A stretch of 64,000 nucleotides of DNA, taken from assembly GCA_963836235.1 (NCBI GenBank), contig CAWIIP010000002.1:1760001-1824000 (forward strand). The letters run 5' to 3'. This document shows positions 9,754-19,050 of the stretch, in pieces. Below the pieces are notes generated by a model that was not told where the DNA came from, did not search any database, and worked only from the letters and a program-made list of their open reading frames with translations. The translations under genes were made by a program, and so were the position numbers. This stretch comes from an uncultured Pseudomonadota bacterium (GTDB lineage Bacteria > Oederibacteriota > Muellerivitia > Muellerivitales > Muellerivitaceae). The number at the start of each line of letters is the position of its first letter. Within the stretch, counting starts at the first letter, position 1.

Positions 9754-10782
9754 CTATGAATGGGAGAGGTTGCGTTTCCACATGGGGTATTTGATTCTCG
9801 CCAAGGCGCTGTCGCGGGTGAAAGCCTTGAATGCGAGTTCCGTCATTTGGGCGGCTCTTTCCCTCGTGAGTTCCAGGACTTCGGGACGGGGTTGGAAGGC
9901 TTCCTCGCGCCCCGCGGGGGCGTTGACGTTATAAGGGCAGACAGTCTGACAGAGGTCACAGCCCGCAAGGTAACCGTGAAGGCCGATGTCCGGAAGGTCC
10001 GAACGGTGTTCCAGGGTGAGATAACTGACGCACTTAGTGGCGTTCAACAGCCCTGGCTCTTCCAGGGCGCCCGTGGGGCAGGCGTCCAGGCAGGCGGTGC
10101 AGGACTTGCAAAGATTCTCTACCGGTTCGTCCGGGGCCAGTTCCACATCCGTCAGGATTTCACCCAAGAAGAGGAAGGAACCGAACTTCTTGTTTAAAAG
10201 CAAGGTATTTTTTCCGGTCCATCCCAGGCCCGCCGAAGCGGAATAACTGCGTTCCAGGATAGGGCCCGTGTCCACATAAGCTTTAGCCTTGGCGCCGGGC
10301 TCCAGCTCCCGGCAAAGATAAGCGGCGAGGATATCCAGCTTTTCCCATAAGACTTCATGGTAATCCCGGCCCCAGGCGTAGCAGGATATGGGATGTTTTT
10401 CCAAAAGGGGATAGTGCTCGGGTTTTGGGTTGTAACTTAAGGCTACGCAGAAAACCGATTGGGCCCCGGGCAAAAGGGACTGCGGATCGCCCCGTTCCTC
10501 CTTGCGGCGGTATAAATACCCTGCCCTTCCATTGGAATCCCCGGGCAAGGCCCGGGCAAGGGGGGCTGGGTGATCCCGTTCACCTTGCTTCCCGGAGCTT
10601 GGCTCCGGGAAAGGGTAGGCTGAAGGAACGGGATAACCCATTTCACCGGCGTAGCCCCGTTGGAGCCAATTCAAAAATGAAGAGTAACCCTCGGGCGGAA
10701 TGGCCGGGGTGGCACCCGCCAGCTCAAAACCAAGCTCATAAGCCTTTTGTTTCAGGAGATGAGCCCGTTCTAGGGCCTTCAT
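9754..10782 (-). CDS. queG: Epoxyqueuosine reductase carrying a 39-aa in-frame insertion
   Basis: YAWGRDYH, YVDTGPILER, AGLGWTGKN, FLGEILT, CxxCxxCxxxCPTGA and GCDLCQTVCP 4Fe-4S motifs. Confidence 0.92.
   Translation of the reverse strand: MKALERAHLLKQKAYELGFELAGATPAIPPEGYSSFLNWLQRGYAGEMGYPVPSAYPFPEPSSGKQGERDHPAPLARALPGDSNGRAGYLYRRKEERGDPQSLLPGAQSVFCVALSYNPKPEHYPLLEKHPISCYAWGRDYHEVLWEKLDILAAYLCRELEPGAKAKAYVDTGPILERSYSASAGLGWTGKNTLLLNKKFGSFLFLGEILTDVELAPDEPVENLCKSCTACLDACPTGALEEPGLLNATKCVSYLTLEHRSDLPDIGLHGYLAGCDLCQTVCPYNVNAPAGREEAFQPRPEVLELTRERAAQMTELAFKAFTRDSALARIKYPMWKRNLSHS
10519..10632. mobile_element. 114-bp palindromic MITE-like insertion within queG, flanked by a TAT direct repeat (10516-10518 and 10633-10635)
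   Basis: Removing it restores GEMGY-LYRRKEER; internal hairpin TTCCCGGAGC-CAA-GCTCCGGGAA; ATCCCGTTC/GAACGGGAT inverted repeat; imperfect termini CCCGTTCCTTC/GAAGGGCAGGG. Confidence 0.65.
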
Positions 10783-11318
10783 TCGTTTTTAAAATGGGAA
10801 TAGGTGAGGCCCACCGCGCTGATTAAGGCGAAAACCAGGACGAGGCCGACCACCCCGCGGGATTGTCCCGACTTGGAAAAAAAGGCCATCAAGCCCGCTA
10901 CAACCACGGCCCAGGAAAACCCGATCCATACTAGGTCTTTCATTTTTCTCATCGGGTTATGGAGGGTCCGCAATTTAACGGAGAACTGGGAGGGGGTAAA
11001 GCGTTCCAGGGTTGAGGTGTTGTCGACCTGGCCTCCCAATTCCCGCAGGAGGCTGTCCACGAGGAAAAGCTGGAGCTCATGGGTTTGCGCAGACGCGTCC
11101 CGGGAAACGGAAATTTTGTACCGCCCTTTTTCCCGGTCATAGGCGAGCAGGCATTCCACTTCGGGCGGGCCCGCTTCGTAAAAGCGGATAGAGTCCCAGC
11201 CTTGGTCCGGGCCCTTCAGGTTGATTTCCACGGGGAAGCCCCGGCGATGGAGATCCTCCATCAATTGGGTTCCTTGGGGCTGGTCTTTTTTTTCGGGTGT
11301 TAGAACATATTCAGCCAT
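10779..11318 (-). CDS. Hypothetical protein with two C-terminal TM helices, translationally coupled to queG
   Basis: ATGA overlap with the queG start; two hydrophobic helices at the C-terminus. Confidence 0.7.
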   Translation of the reverse strand: MAEYVLTPEKKDQPQGTQLMEDLHRRGFPVEINLKGPDQGWDSIRFYEAGPPEVECLLAYDREKGRYKISVSRDASAQTHELQLFLVDSLLRELGGQVDNTSTLERFTPSQFSVKLRTLHNPMRKMKDLVWIGFSWAVVVAGLMAFFSKSGQSRGVVGLVLVFALISAVGLTYSHFKNE

Positions 11319-11360
11319 TTTATTTCCGCCACTCCATCATAACGTTTGTCGGTTCCGGAC

Positions 11361-11393
11361 AAAAAAACAGGGGCGGAAAATTTCCCGCCCCTG
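11361..11393 (-). terminator. Intrinsic terminator after mtnD
   Basis: CAGGGGCGG/CCGCCCCTG hairpin followed by T7 on the minus strand. Confidence 0.75.
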
Positions 11394-11418
11394 CGGATAA
11401 GTTAAAAAAATCGGGTTC

Positions 11419-11883
11419 TTATTTTGCTGCCGTGGCTTCCAAGTCCTTGCGGTAAAGGGGCGCCCAGCCCGATTGGTCCTTGAAAAGGCGCACGCATTGG
11501 ATCTTCTTCTCGTCGGTCAGATAGAAACGGTGGAAGCGGTTGGCGGGCACCAGGATGAAATCGCCCGGCTCCACGATGACTTTCATCCATTGATCGTCCA
11601 GGCTGCGAATCTCAAAAACACCTGAACCTTGGAGGACAAAACGGACCTCGTCGTCGGTGTGGAGATGCTCGCCCACGAACTTTTGGCAGAGGGCTTCGAA
11701 GTTGGGCATATCCGGTTTCATGCCTACCTGATCCATGGTGACATAACCCCGCTCCTTCATGAGCTTTTCCAGGGGAGATTTATAAACCGATTCCTCGGTC
11801 GGCATCTGCTCGTAGGTGATTCCGTGGGAGTTGAGTTCTTCCGCCGAGATATTTTTGCCCGTCTCCAGCCAAATCGCTTTCAT
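11419..11883 (-). CDS. mtnD: Acireductone dioxygenase (ARD/ARD', methionine salvage)
   Basis: EHLHTDDEVRF..GSG.F, GD.I.VPA..HRF and VRLF motifs; adjacent to mtnB. Confidence 0.9.
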   Translation of the reverse strand: MKAIWLETGKNISAEELNSHGITYEQMPTEESVYKSPLEKLMKERGYVTMDQVGMKPDMPNFEALCQKFVGEHLHTDDEVRFVLQGSGVFEIRSLDDQWMKVIVEPGDFILVPANRFHRFYLTDEKKIQCVRLFKDQSGWAPLYRKDLEATAAK

Positions 11884-11893
11884 GCATCCTCCT

Positions 11894-12562
11894 TTAATCT
11901 AATGAAATGCCCAGCTGTTTCATCCGGCCCGCCGCCTCGAAAAGATAATCGTAACATTCGGCGTGGGTTTTGGCCTGCTTCCAATCCTTGCCCCAAACAT
12001 AAACCCCGTGGCGCCGCACCAGAATGGCGCGGGTTTTGGGGTTGTTTTGAATCGATTCGCCCAGAGAATCGGCCAACTCACACTCATAGGCGGTGTTGTC
12101 GATGATGGGAACTTCCAAAGTGTCAAAGGCGCCATAACCTTCCACGCCCTTTTGCATTTCCATGTTCTTGATGTGGAATTGCTTATCGAAAAGCATGGTG
12201 GCGGTGGCGGCGTTGACGGAATGGCTGTGCAAAACCGCGCCAGCATTCCTGATTTTATAGGCGTGCATGAAGAGGGGAGCGCATTGGGAAAGTTTCAAGC
12301 CCCGTCCCGGTTCTTCCACAATTGCGCCGTCGCCGTCCAACACAAAGATATCTTCCGGATTTAAACGTTCCTTCTGGACGCCGCTGGGAGCCATGTAGAT
12401 GTGATCCCCCTCCTTGATGGAAATGCCGCCGCCTGTGCCGGAAGCCCAGCCCAGATCGTAAAAATTACGACACAATTCGCAGACCAATTCGCAGGTTTTT
12501 TGGGAGGTGGCGGAAGGTTTTGAGGACTTTTTAACTTTTACTTCAGTGAGAATAGATTTCAT
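11894..12562 (-). CDS. mtnB: Methylthioribulose-1-phosphate dehydratase
   Basis: GWASGTGGGISIK, APSGVQKE, SQCAPLF, GAVLHSHS, LVRRHGVYVWG, ECYDYLF; start set at MKSIL. Confidence 0.92.
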   Translation of the reverse strand: MKSILTEVKVKKSSKPSATSQKTCELVCELCRNFYDLGWASGTGGGISIKEGDHIYMAPSGVQKERLNPEDIFVLDGDGAIVEEPGRGLKLSQCAPLFMHAYKIRNAGAVLHSHSVNAATATMLFDKQFHIKNMEMQKGVEGYGAFDTLEVPIIDNTAYECELADSLGESIQNNPKTRAILVRRHGVYVWGKDWKQAKTHAECYDYLFEAAGRMKQLGISLD

Positions 12563-12644
12563 TTTGAAATAAATTATCAGTATTCTGTCCTGAAAGGTCA
12601 AGAGAAAGACAAGTCGAAGCGATTCCCGGCTTGAAGGAAGGTCC

Positions 12645-13103
12645 GTGGCTTCTTACTACCAATCCACCCAATCTATTTTCGTCCCCGCGGCCCCGGAAAA
12701 AGTTTACGAGGCCTTAACGAATTGGCCGGTTCGTTCCCAATGGCGCCGGGGAATCGAAATCGACTGGGAAGAGGAAGGAAAGGCCTTCCTGAATCAAAAG
12801 GTGACCTTCCGGGTGAAAAGACCTTTGTTTTCCTATTCTTTTTCATTCCGTATTATGGGGCTGGAACCGCCCCGGCGTTTGTACATGGAATACACGGGAA
12901 AACCCTTGGCCGGCCGGGCCGCATTGGAGATCAATCCGGAGGGACAGGGAAGCCAAGTGACTTTCCATTGGATGAAAGTGGAACCCCTTGGCTGGGCACC
13001 TAAGCTGTTTTTCATGCTTGGATTGGGGACGCGGGCGCACCGTAACCGGACGATGGAAACCCTAAGGATGTTGAAGAAACACTTGGAAATCAAAAATTCT
13101 TGA
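12645..13103 (+). CDS. SRPBCC/START-like family protein
   Basis: 'IFVPAAPEKVYEAL..W' N-terminal motif and C-terminal 'L..LKKHLE' helix. Confidence 0.75.
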   Translation: MASYYQSTQSIFVPAAPEKVYEALTNWPVRSQWRRGIEIDWEEEGKAFLNQKVTFRVKRPLFSYSFSFRIMGLEPPRRLYMEYTGKPLAGRAALEINPEGQGSQVTFHWMKVEPLGWAPKLFFMLGLGTRAHRNRTMETLRMLKKHLEIKNS

Positions 13104-13104
13104 G

Positions 13105-14190
13105 TTATCCCTTTGCGGACGGTAAAAGAACAGCCGAGACAAACCGCCGGACCTCTGGCGTACGGCGCTCAAAAAGAAACCAAAGGGCGTAGGCGCAAAC
13201 GAAGACTACCAAAAGCAATAACCCGAACAACAGATAACCTTCCCAGGATGGCTGCCGGGGGCGGGCGATTCCCAGGCCGAAAAATAAAAAAAACACGATC
13301 GGCAAATGGAAGGCGTAAAGGGTATAAGACATTTTCGAGAGGATTTTCGAGATTTTTTTGTACCACTGGAAAGGCACCTCCCGCGAAGCTAAAAAAGGAA
13401 GCAGGCAGGCCGAAGAAAGGCCTATTAGGCCATCATTGAGGTTAGGCGATTCCCGGCCGGCATAAGCAAGGGTGAGGGAGAAAAGCAAAACTGAACCGAT
13501 AAAAAAGGGGAAGCTTCCGGCCACTCGAAAGAGGGAGGGTTTTGAGACGCACCAGGAGGCCGCAACCCCCATCAGCCAAATCAGGCCCAAGGCCGTAAGC
13601 CGTTTAGGTAGGAAAACCAAAGCAAGGGCCACCGCGGCTGCGCAAAAAATTCTTCTTCCGGCTCTCCCCCGGGTGAAAATCGAAAAATATGACAGGGGAA
13701 ATAGAAGGTAATACCAAAATTCGTTGGCCAGGCTCCAGAGGGCCCCGTTGGAACCGTAATCCGCGCAGGCGACCGTTTGGAGGAAAAATAGGTTGCCCAA
13801 AAAACAATCAAAGCTATCCCGAGCCCCCGCGTAAGAGGCATGATCCCCGATTCTTTTTCCGATCAAGTCCAAGGCCAGGGTAAAAATCAAGGCGGGAATT
13901 AGAACGGTCCACAAACGTGTCAGGCGCTGGATGCCATAGCGAATCCAAGACCAGCGGTTTTGGGAGAAGCTGTTCAAGACACTGCCGCCGACGAAAAAGC
14001 CGCTCAGGATGAAAAAACACATAACCGCCAAGCCTTGCTGGCTACAGACAAAATAAAAAAAAGCGTCGAAAGCGTTTGGTTTTATGATTTTGGAGTAATC
14101 CACGTGGAAATAGGACTGAATGTGGCCAGCGGCGACCGCCAGGGCCGCCAAGCCCCGGAGAAGATCTAGGTTGGTTTGCCGTTGTTCCAC
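13105..14190 (-). CDS. Acyltransferase-3 (OafA-like) membrane O-acyltransferase
   Basis: LDLLRGLAAL.V, FFILSGF, R..RL, WSLANEFWYY, SYTLY.FH, FER motifs. Confidence 0.9.
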   Translation of the reverse strand: MEQRQTNLDLLRGLAALAVAAGHIQSYFHVDYSKIIKPNAFDAFFYFVCSQQGLAVMCFFILSGFFVGGSVLNSFSQNRWSWIRYGIQRLTRLWTVLIPALIFTLALDLIGKRIGDHASYAGARDSFDCFLGNLFFLQTVACADYGSNGALWSLANEFWYYLLFPLSYFSIFTRGRAGRRIFCAAAVALALVFLPKRLTALGLIWLMGVAASWCVSKPSLFRVAGSFPFFIGSVLLFSLTLAYAGRESPNLNDGLIGLSSACLLPFLASREVPFQWYKKISKILSKMSYTLYAFHLPIVFFLFFGLGIARPRQPSWEGYLLFGLLLLVVFVCAYALWFLFERRTPEVRRFVSAVLLPSAKG

Positions 14191-14334
14191 TTTACCGCCT
14201 TCCCCTAAAGCCTAGACTAATATGGATCAAACAGAGTGTTATCTTAAGGTTGATTTAGCTTCTCTTGCCCTCTTATTATAAGCTTCCTATTTTAACTTTT
14301 AACGCGCCGCATATTTAAGGTAACGGAGAAAGAC

Positions 14335-15495
14335 ATGAGCAACCTCAGTCAAGACCAGATCAAGCGATATACCCGACATATCCTGCTTCCCGAAGTGGGA
14401 GTCACAGGCCAGAAAAAACTCCTGGACGCCAAGGTGCTCGTGGTTGGAGCGGGCGGTCTGGGCTGCCCTATTTCCCTTTACCTAACCGCGGCGGGGGTGG
14501 GTACCATCGGCTTGGTGGATTTCGACACAGTGGATGCCAGCAACTTGCAGCGCCAGGTTCTTTTCACCACCGAGGACGTGGGCAAGCCCAAGGTGGAAGC
14601 GGCGGCCAAACGCCTGAAAGCCTTGAATCCGGACGTCAAGATCAACACCTACCAGGTGGCATTGAAAAGCGACAATATCATGGACATCCTGAAGGATTAC
14701 GACATGATCATCGACGGGACGGATAATTTTCCGACCCGCTATCTCACGAATGATGCGGCTGTTCTCCAGAAGAAACCGAACATTTACGGCTCCATTTTCC
14801 GTTTCGACGGCCAAATGACGGTTTTCAAAGCTCCCGAGGGCCCTTGCTACCGCTGTCTCTATCCCGAACCACCTCCGCCGGGCGAAGTGCCTTCCTGCGC
14901 CGAGGGCGGCGTTATGGGGGCGATGGTGGGAACCATCGGGGCCATCCAGGCTACCGAAGCCATCAAACTCATCACTGGCGCGGGTAAGCCCGCCATCGGG
15001 AAGTTTGTTATCTATAACTCACTCGATATGCAATTCAGGACCCTCAAACTCCATAAGGACCCGGCATGCCCCATCTGCGGAACCAACCCCACAATCAAAG
15101 CCTTGATCGATTACGAGCAATTTTGCGGCATGAAGGTGGAGGAAACCCAGACCAAGCAGGTGGCCGTGGGTAAGGACGAGATCGACGCGCTGGAACTGAA
15201 GGTGAAAATGGACGAGAAACAGGATTTCTTCCTACTCGACGTTCGAGAACCAAACGAGTATGAAATTGCCCGTATTCCGGGCTCCACCCTTCTTCCCTTA
15301 TCTCAATTGCCCAACCGCTTCCATGAACTGGACAAGGTCAAAGGAAAAGAAATCGTCGTGCATTGCAAGGGCGGCACCCGCAGCGCCAAGGCCATTAACT
15401 TTCTGAAGCAACAGGGCTTTGACCATCTCGTCAACGTCGCGGGGGGAATCCTGGGTTGGAGTGACCAGGTTGACTCTTCCGTTCCGAAGTATTAA
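14335..15495 (+). CDS. moeB: Sulfur-carrier adenylyltransferase MoeB/MoeZ (ThiF + rhodanese)
   Basis: RYTRHILLPEVG, GAGGLG, SNLQRQ, CYRC and CPIC Zn sites; C-terminal rhodanese HCKGGTRS. Confidence 0.93.
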   Translation: MSNLSQDQIKRYTRHILLPEVGVTGQKKLLDAKVLVVGAGGLGCPISLYLTAAGVGTIGLVDFDTVDASNLQRQVLFTTEDVGKPKVEAAAKRLKALNPDVKINTYQVALKSDNIMDILKDYDMIIDGTDNFPTRYLTNDAAVLQKKPNIYGSIFRFDGQMTVFKAPEGPCYRCLYPEPPPPGEVPSCAEGGVMGAMVGTIGAIQATEAIKLITGAGKPAIGKFVIYNSLDMQFRTLKLHKDPACPICGTNPTIKALIDYEQFCGMKVEETQTKQVAVGKDEIDALELKVKMDEKQDFFLLDVREPNEYEIARIPGSTLLPLSQLPNRFHELDKVKGKEIVVHCKGGTRSAKAINFLKQQGFDHLVNVAGGILGWSDQVDSSVPKY

Positions 15496-15505
15496 CGGAT
15501 GATCA

Positions 15506-16132
15506 ATGCCTGAGTCCATCAAAAAAGAAATCGGTGTGGCGCGGGTGACTTTCGCCAACCGATTCCAAGCTTTCGTGGATTATCAAAGCGCCGAGACTGA
15601 CGTCCTTTCCCGTGAGCGGGATTCGATCCAGCTTTTCTCCCTGGTCCTAGTGCGTGTCCTCTTCCTATTGGGGGAGAACAAGCAGGCGCCGATGCTCCTG
15701 GAATATATCCAAACCGCCATGGGCGATACGGTGACCCCTAAGGGCCTCCAGCGCCCCACTATCCTGGGTCCGGGTCAAGGTTTAATGGAAGCCCTTCCTG
15801 AAAAACCGGAGAAACTGATGATCCTAAACCTGATCCAAGAAGAAGAAAATCGCTTGGCCGAAATCACCTTGCCCCTGGGGGAGGAGGGCCATTTTTATCC
15901 CGCCGCCCTCATTTTTTATTTCCAATACCTCATTCGCACTTTGAACGACGCTTCCCTCTTTTTTCTAATATTGGTTTTGGGGGGGATGATGGAATATTAC
16001 GAGAGGATTGGGAAAACAAACGATCTCAAAGCCCTTGTGGACGGGCCCGCCTATGCTTTTTCCACCGCTATTCGCTATATCGAGGAGGAGCGACGCCGGA
16101 ACCAACCGCCTTCCGCTCCTTCCGTCAACTGA
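15506..16132 (+). CDS. Hypothetical protein
   Basis: Fills the gap between moeB and galK; stop overlaps the galK ATG. Confidence 0.65.
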   Translation: MPESIKKEIGVARVTFANRFQAFVDYQSAETDVLSRERDSIQLFSLVLVRVLFLLGENKQAPMLLEYIQTAMGDTVTPKGLQRPTILGPGQGLMEALPEKPEKLMILNLIQEEENRLAEITLPLGEEGHFYPAALIFYFQYLIRTLNDASLFFLILVLGGMMEYYERIGKTNDLKALVDGPAYAFSTAIRYIEEERRRNQPPSAPSVN

Positions 16133-17319
16133 TGGCCTCCGCCCTCTCCGAACAAGCCAAGGAAATTTTCGCCCAAACCTTTACGGGTTCACCGGAAGTG
16201 ATGGTGACGGCCCCGGGCCGGGTCAACCTGATCGGCGAGCATACCGATTACAACGAAGGTTTTGTGCTCCCGATGGCGGTCAACCGAGGTATTGCCATTG
16301 TCGGCCGCAAAAGGGCGGATTCCAAGATTTTGCTTTATTCCGCTGATTACCGAGAATCGGAAGAGTTCTCCATTGATTCCATCCGGCCCGATTTGAGCCG
16401 AGTTTGGGCCAATTATTTCAAGGGCGTGGCCCTGATGCTAAGAAAAAACGGCCTTACCATAGGTGGGTGTGAAGCCGTCATCAAGGGTGATCTGCCACAG
16501 GGCGCGGGGCTTAGTTCCTCGGCCGCTTTGGAAGTGGCGGCGGTGGTCTTTCTCCAAAAGCTCTTCAACTTGGGGTTGGAGGATTTAGACCTAGTGCGCC
16601 TCGCTCAACAGGCAGAAAACGAGTTCGTGGGAGTCCAATGCGGCATCATGGACCAGTTCGCTTCCTATATGGGAGGCAAAGACCACGCCCTTTTCCTGGA
16701 TTGCCGAAGCCTGGAACATGACTGGGTGCCTTTGGGAACGGAGGTCAAAGTGGTGGTTTTCAACACGGGTGTCAAGCGTGAGCTGGCTTCCTCCGACTAT
16801 AACGAGCGCCGCCGCCAATGCCAGGAAGGGGTTCGACAGTTCTCCGGATTTTTGCCAAATGTCAAATCCCTGAGGGATGTTTCCCTTTGCGATTTCGAGA
16901 AATACCAGGGCCGGTTGGATAACGTCACGATGAAACGCTGTCGCCACGTGATTTCCGAAAACCAGAGAGTTTTGGACACGGTGGAAGCCTTGAGGGCCAA
17001 GAATTTTGAGAGGGTCAAGGTTTTTTTCCGGGAATCCCACGAAAGCCTCCGGGATGACTATCAAGTGAGCTGTCACGAGCTGGATGCTTTGGTGGAGTTG
17101 GCGCAGGAACACCCGCTTCAGAAGGGTTCACGAATGACGGGCGGTGGTTTTGGCGGGTGCACGGTGCACCTGATCCCCTCGGATGACCAAGTGGTGGCGA
17201 ACTTTATTTCTTTTGTGGGGAATGGTTACGAGAAGCAAATAGGCCGAAAGCCTGAAAGCTATATTTTCACTCCATTCGCAGGCGCAAAATTTTTGAACGA
17301 TTCTGAGGGTAAAAAATGA
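16132..17319 (+). CDS. galK: Galactokinase
   Basis: APGRVNLIGEHTDYNEG, PQGAGLSSSAA, CGIMDQ, RMTGGGFGGC. Confidence 0.95.
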   Translation: MASALSEQAKEIFAQTFTGSPEVMVTAPGRVNLIGEHTDYNEGFVLPMAVNRGIAIVGRKRADSKILLYSADYRESEEFSIDSIRPDLSRVWANYFKGVALMLRKNGLTIGGCEAVIKGDLPQGAGLSSSAALEVAAVVFLQKLFNLGLEDLDLVRLAQQAENEFVGVQCGIMDQFASYMGGKDHALFLDCRSLEHDWVPLGTEVKVVVFNTGVKRELASSDYNERRRQCQEGVRQFSGFLPNVKSLRDVSLCDFEKYQGRLDNVTMKRCRHVISENQRVLDTVEALRAKNFERVKVFFRESHESLRDDYQVSCHELDALVELAQEHPLQKGSRMTGGGFGGCTVHLIPSDDQVVANFISFVGNGYEKQIGRKPESYIFTPFAGAKFLNDSEGKK

Positions 17320-18224
17320 AACCTACGTTACTGATAATGGCCGCCGGCATGGGAAGCCGCTATGGGGGCTTGAAGCAAATGGAGCCCATGGGCCCTAATG
17401 GTTCCACCCTTTTGGATTATTCGGTATATGACGCGATCCGGGCGGGATTTGGCAAAGTCGTATTCGTCATCCGGCACGATATCGAGGGGGATTTCAAGAA
17501 AATCGTGGGGAAAAAATGGGAATCAAAAATACCCGTGCGGTATGTTTTCCAGGAATTGGCGATGGTTCCCGAAGGTTTTAAGATTCCGGAAGGCCGCCAA
17601 AAGCCTTGGGGCACCGGCCACGCGATATGGGTTGCCCAGGGAGCCATCCAAGAGCCTTTTGCCGCCATCAATGCCGACGATTATTACGGGCGAAATTCCT
17701 TTAAAGCGCTGGTCTCGTTCCTTAAAAAGATTAAAAAAAATGATCTCCCCACTTATAGCATGGTGGGTTTTCCCTTAAAAAAAACTCTGTCGGAACATGG
17801 GACGGTTGCCCGGGGTGTTTGCCGGATTGGGACGGGAAAGCGGTTGAAAGAAGTGGTGGAACGAACCCAAATCGGACAGGAAGGCTACAAGATCTTTTAC
17901 CTGGACGAATTGGCCAAGAAGTATCCTTTGAAAAAAACGGAAATTGTATCCATGAATATGTGGGGGTTTACGCCGTTTCTTTTCCGGCAACTCGACAAGG
18001 GATTCGGCGAATTTTTAAAGGAAAAAGGGCAAGATCTTAAATCCGAATTCCTGATCCCCCGCGTCGTGGACGAAGCCATCGCCACAAGGCAGGCTACTGT
18101 GAAAGTACTTTCTACCAAAGACCGGTGGTTCGGAGTGACCTATCCACAGGATAAGGAACGGGTACGTGAAAATATTTTCAAACTCGTCAGCCGAAAGGTT
18201 TATCCCGCTATTCCGTGGGAATAA
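17316..18224 (+). CDS. Sugar-phosphate nucleotidyltransferase
   Basis: MAAGMGSRYGGLKQ, KPWGTGHA, INADDYYG, W.GVTY; ATGA coupling to galK. Confidence 0.88.
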   Translation: MKPTLLIMAAGMGSRYGGLKQMEPMGPNGSTLLDYSVYDAIRAGFGKVVFVIRHDIEGDFKKIVGKKWESKIPVRYVFQELAMVPEGFKIPEGRQKPWGTGHAIWVAQGAIQEPFAAINADDYYGRNSFKALVSFLKKIKKNDLPTYSMVGFPLKKTLSEHGTVARGVCRIGTGKRLKEVVERTQIGQEGYKIFYLDELAKKYPLKKTEIVSMNMWGFTPFLFRQLDKGFGEFLKEKGQDLKSEFLIPRVVDEAIATRQATVKVLSTKDRWFGVTYPQDKERVRENIFKLVSRKVYPAIPWE

Positions 18225-18232
18225 CCTGAAGT

Positions 18233-19033
18233 TTATTCCGACTCCCCTAATTTTTCTTTCGCTTTTTGCACCATTTCCACATTTTTATTCAAATCAATGA
18301 CTTTCTGGTAATAAATTCCAGCTTCTTTTCTTTTACCCAAAGCCTCCAGGGTGTCACCGATTCCACAAAGGACTTGGCTGTCCTTGGGATCTCTGAGATT
18401 GGCAAGCAGGAGATATTTCAAGGCTCGGGCCAAGTCCTTTCGTCGTGAAAAGTAGGTGGCGATGGAGTTGTAGGTATAAGAGCGGTCGGGATAATAGGTG
18501 ATAGAGAGCTTTGACAGGCGAAAAGCTTCCTCATCCCCCTGTTCCGTCTGAAGGCCGAAGTAATGGGAGATATAACCCTTTAAAGTTTCCGGGACGAGTT
18601 TGGAAGAACGCCTGGGTAACTTTTGACCATTGGCCCACCGCAAATTTTTCCAATCCTTATCCGCCGATTGGAGAGTTTGGGCCAGGAGATTGTATTGGGA
18701 CTCGAAATCGCCCAAGTCCTGATAAACTTCAGCTAAGGCGAAATCCACATCCAACCTCCAGGGATCAGTCACCAGGGCGCTTTTCCAATAAGAAATGGAT
18801 TTGATCAATAAGCGGTGATCGTTTTGGGCCAAGCCTTTAGCACATAAAAAATGACCGTAAGCTACCCGCAGTTCCATATTGGTAGAATCGGAACGATTCC
18901 AATCGGATAATGTTTTCTCCATAGCCGGAAAGTTTTTTTGATTCGATTGTTCATAAAAATCTTCTCGGTAGTCCGAAAGGGCGATCGAAGGAATGGCGGT
19001 TACGATCAGGACCAAAATGAACAGCTTATTCAA
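18233..19033 (-). CDS. Exported TPR-repeat protein
   Basis: Signal peptide from TTG 19033 (AAAGGT RBS); TPR-like repeats (YYPDRSYTYNSIA, DPKDSQVLCGIG..YYQKVI). Confidence 0.7.
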   Translation of the reverse strand: MNKLFILVLIVTAIPSIALSDYREDFYEQSNQKNFPAMEKTLSDWNRSDSTNMELRVAYGHFLCAKGLAQNDHRLLIKSISYWKSALVTDPWRLDVDFALAEVYQDLGDFESQYNLLAQTLQSADKDWKNLRWANGQKLPRRSSKLVPETLKGYISHYFGLQTEQGDEEAFRLSKLSITYYPDRSYTYNSIATYFSRRKDLARALKYLLLANLRDPKDSQVLCGIGDTLEALGKRKEAGIYYQKVIDLNKNVEMVQKAKEKLGESE

Positions 19034-19050
19034 GCAGGGATACCTTTGGA

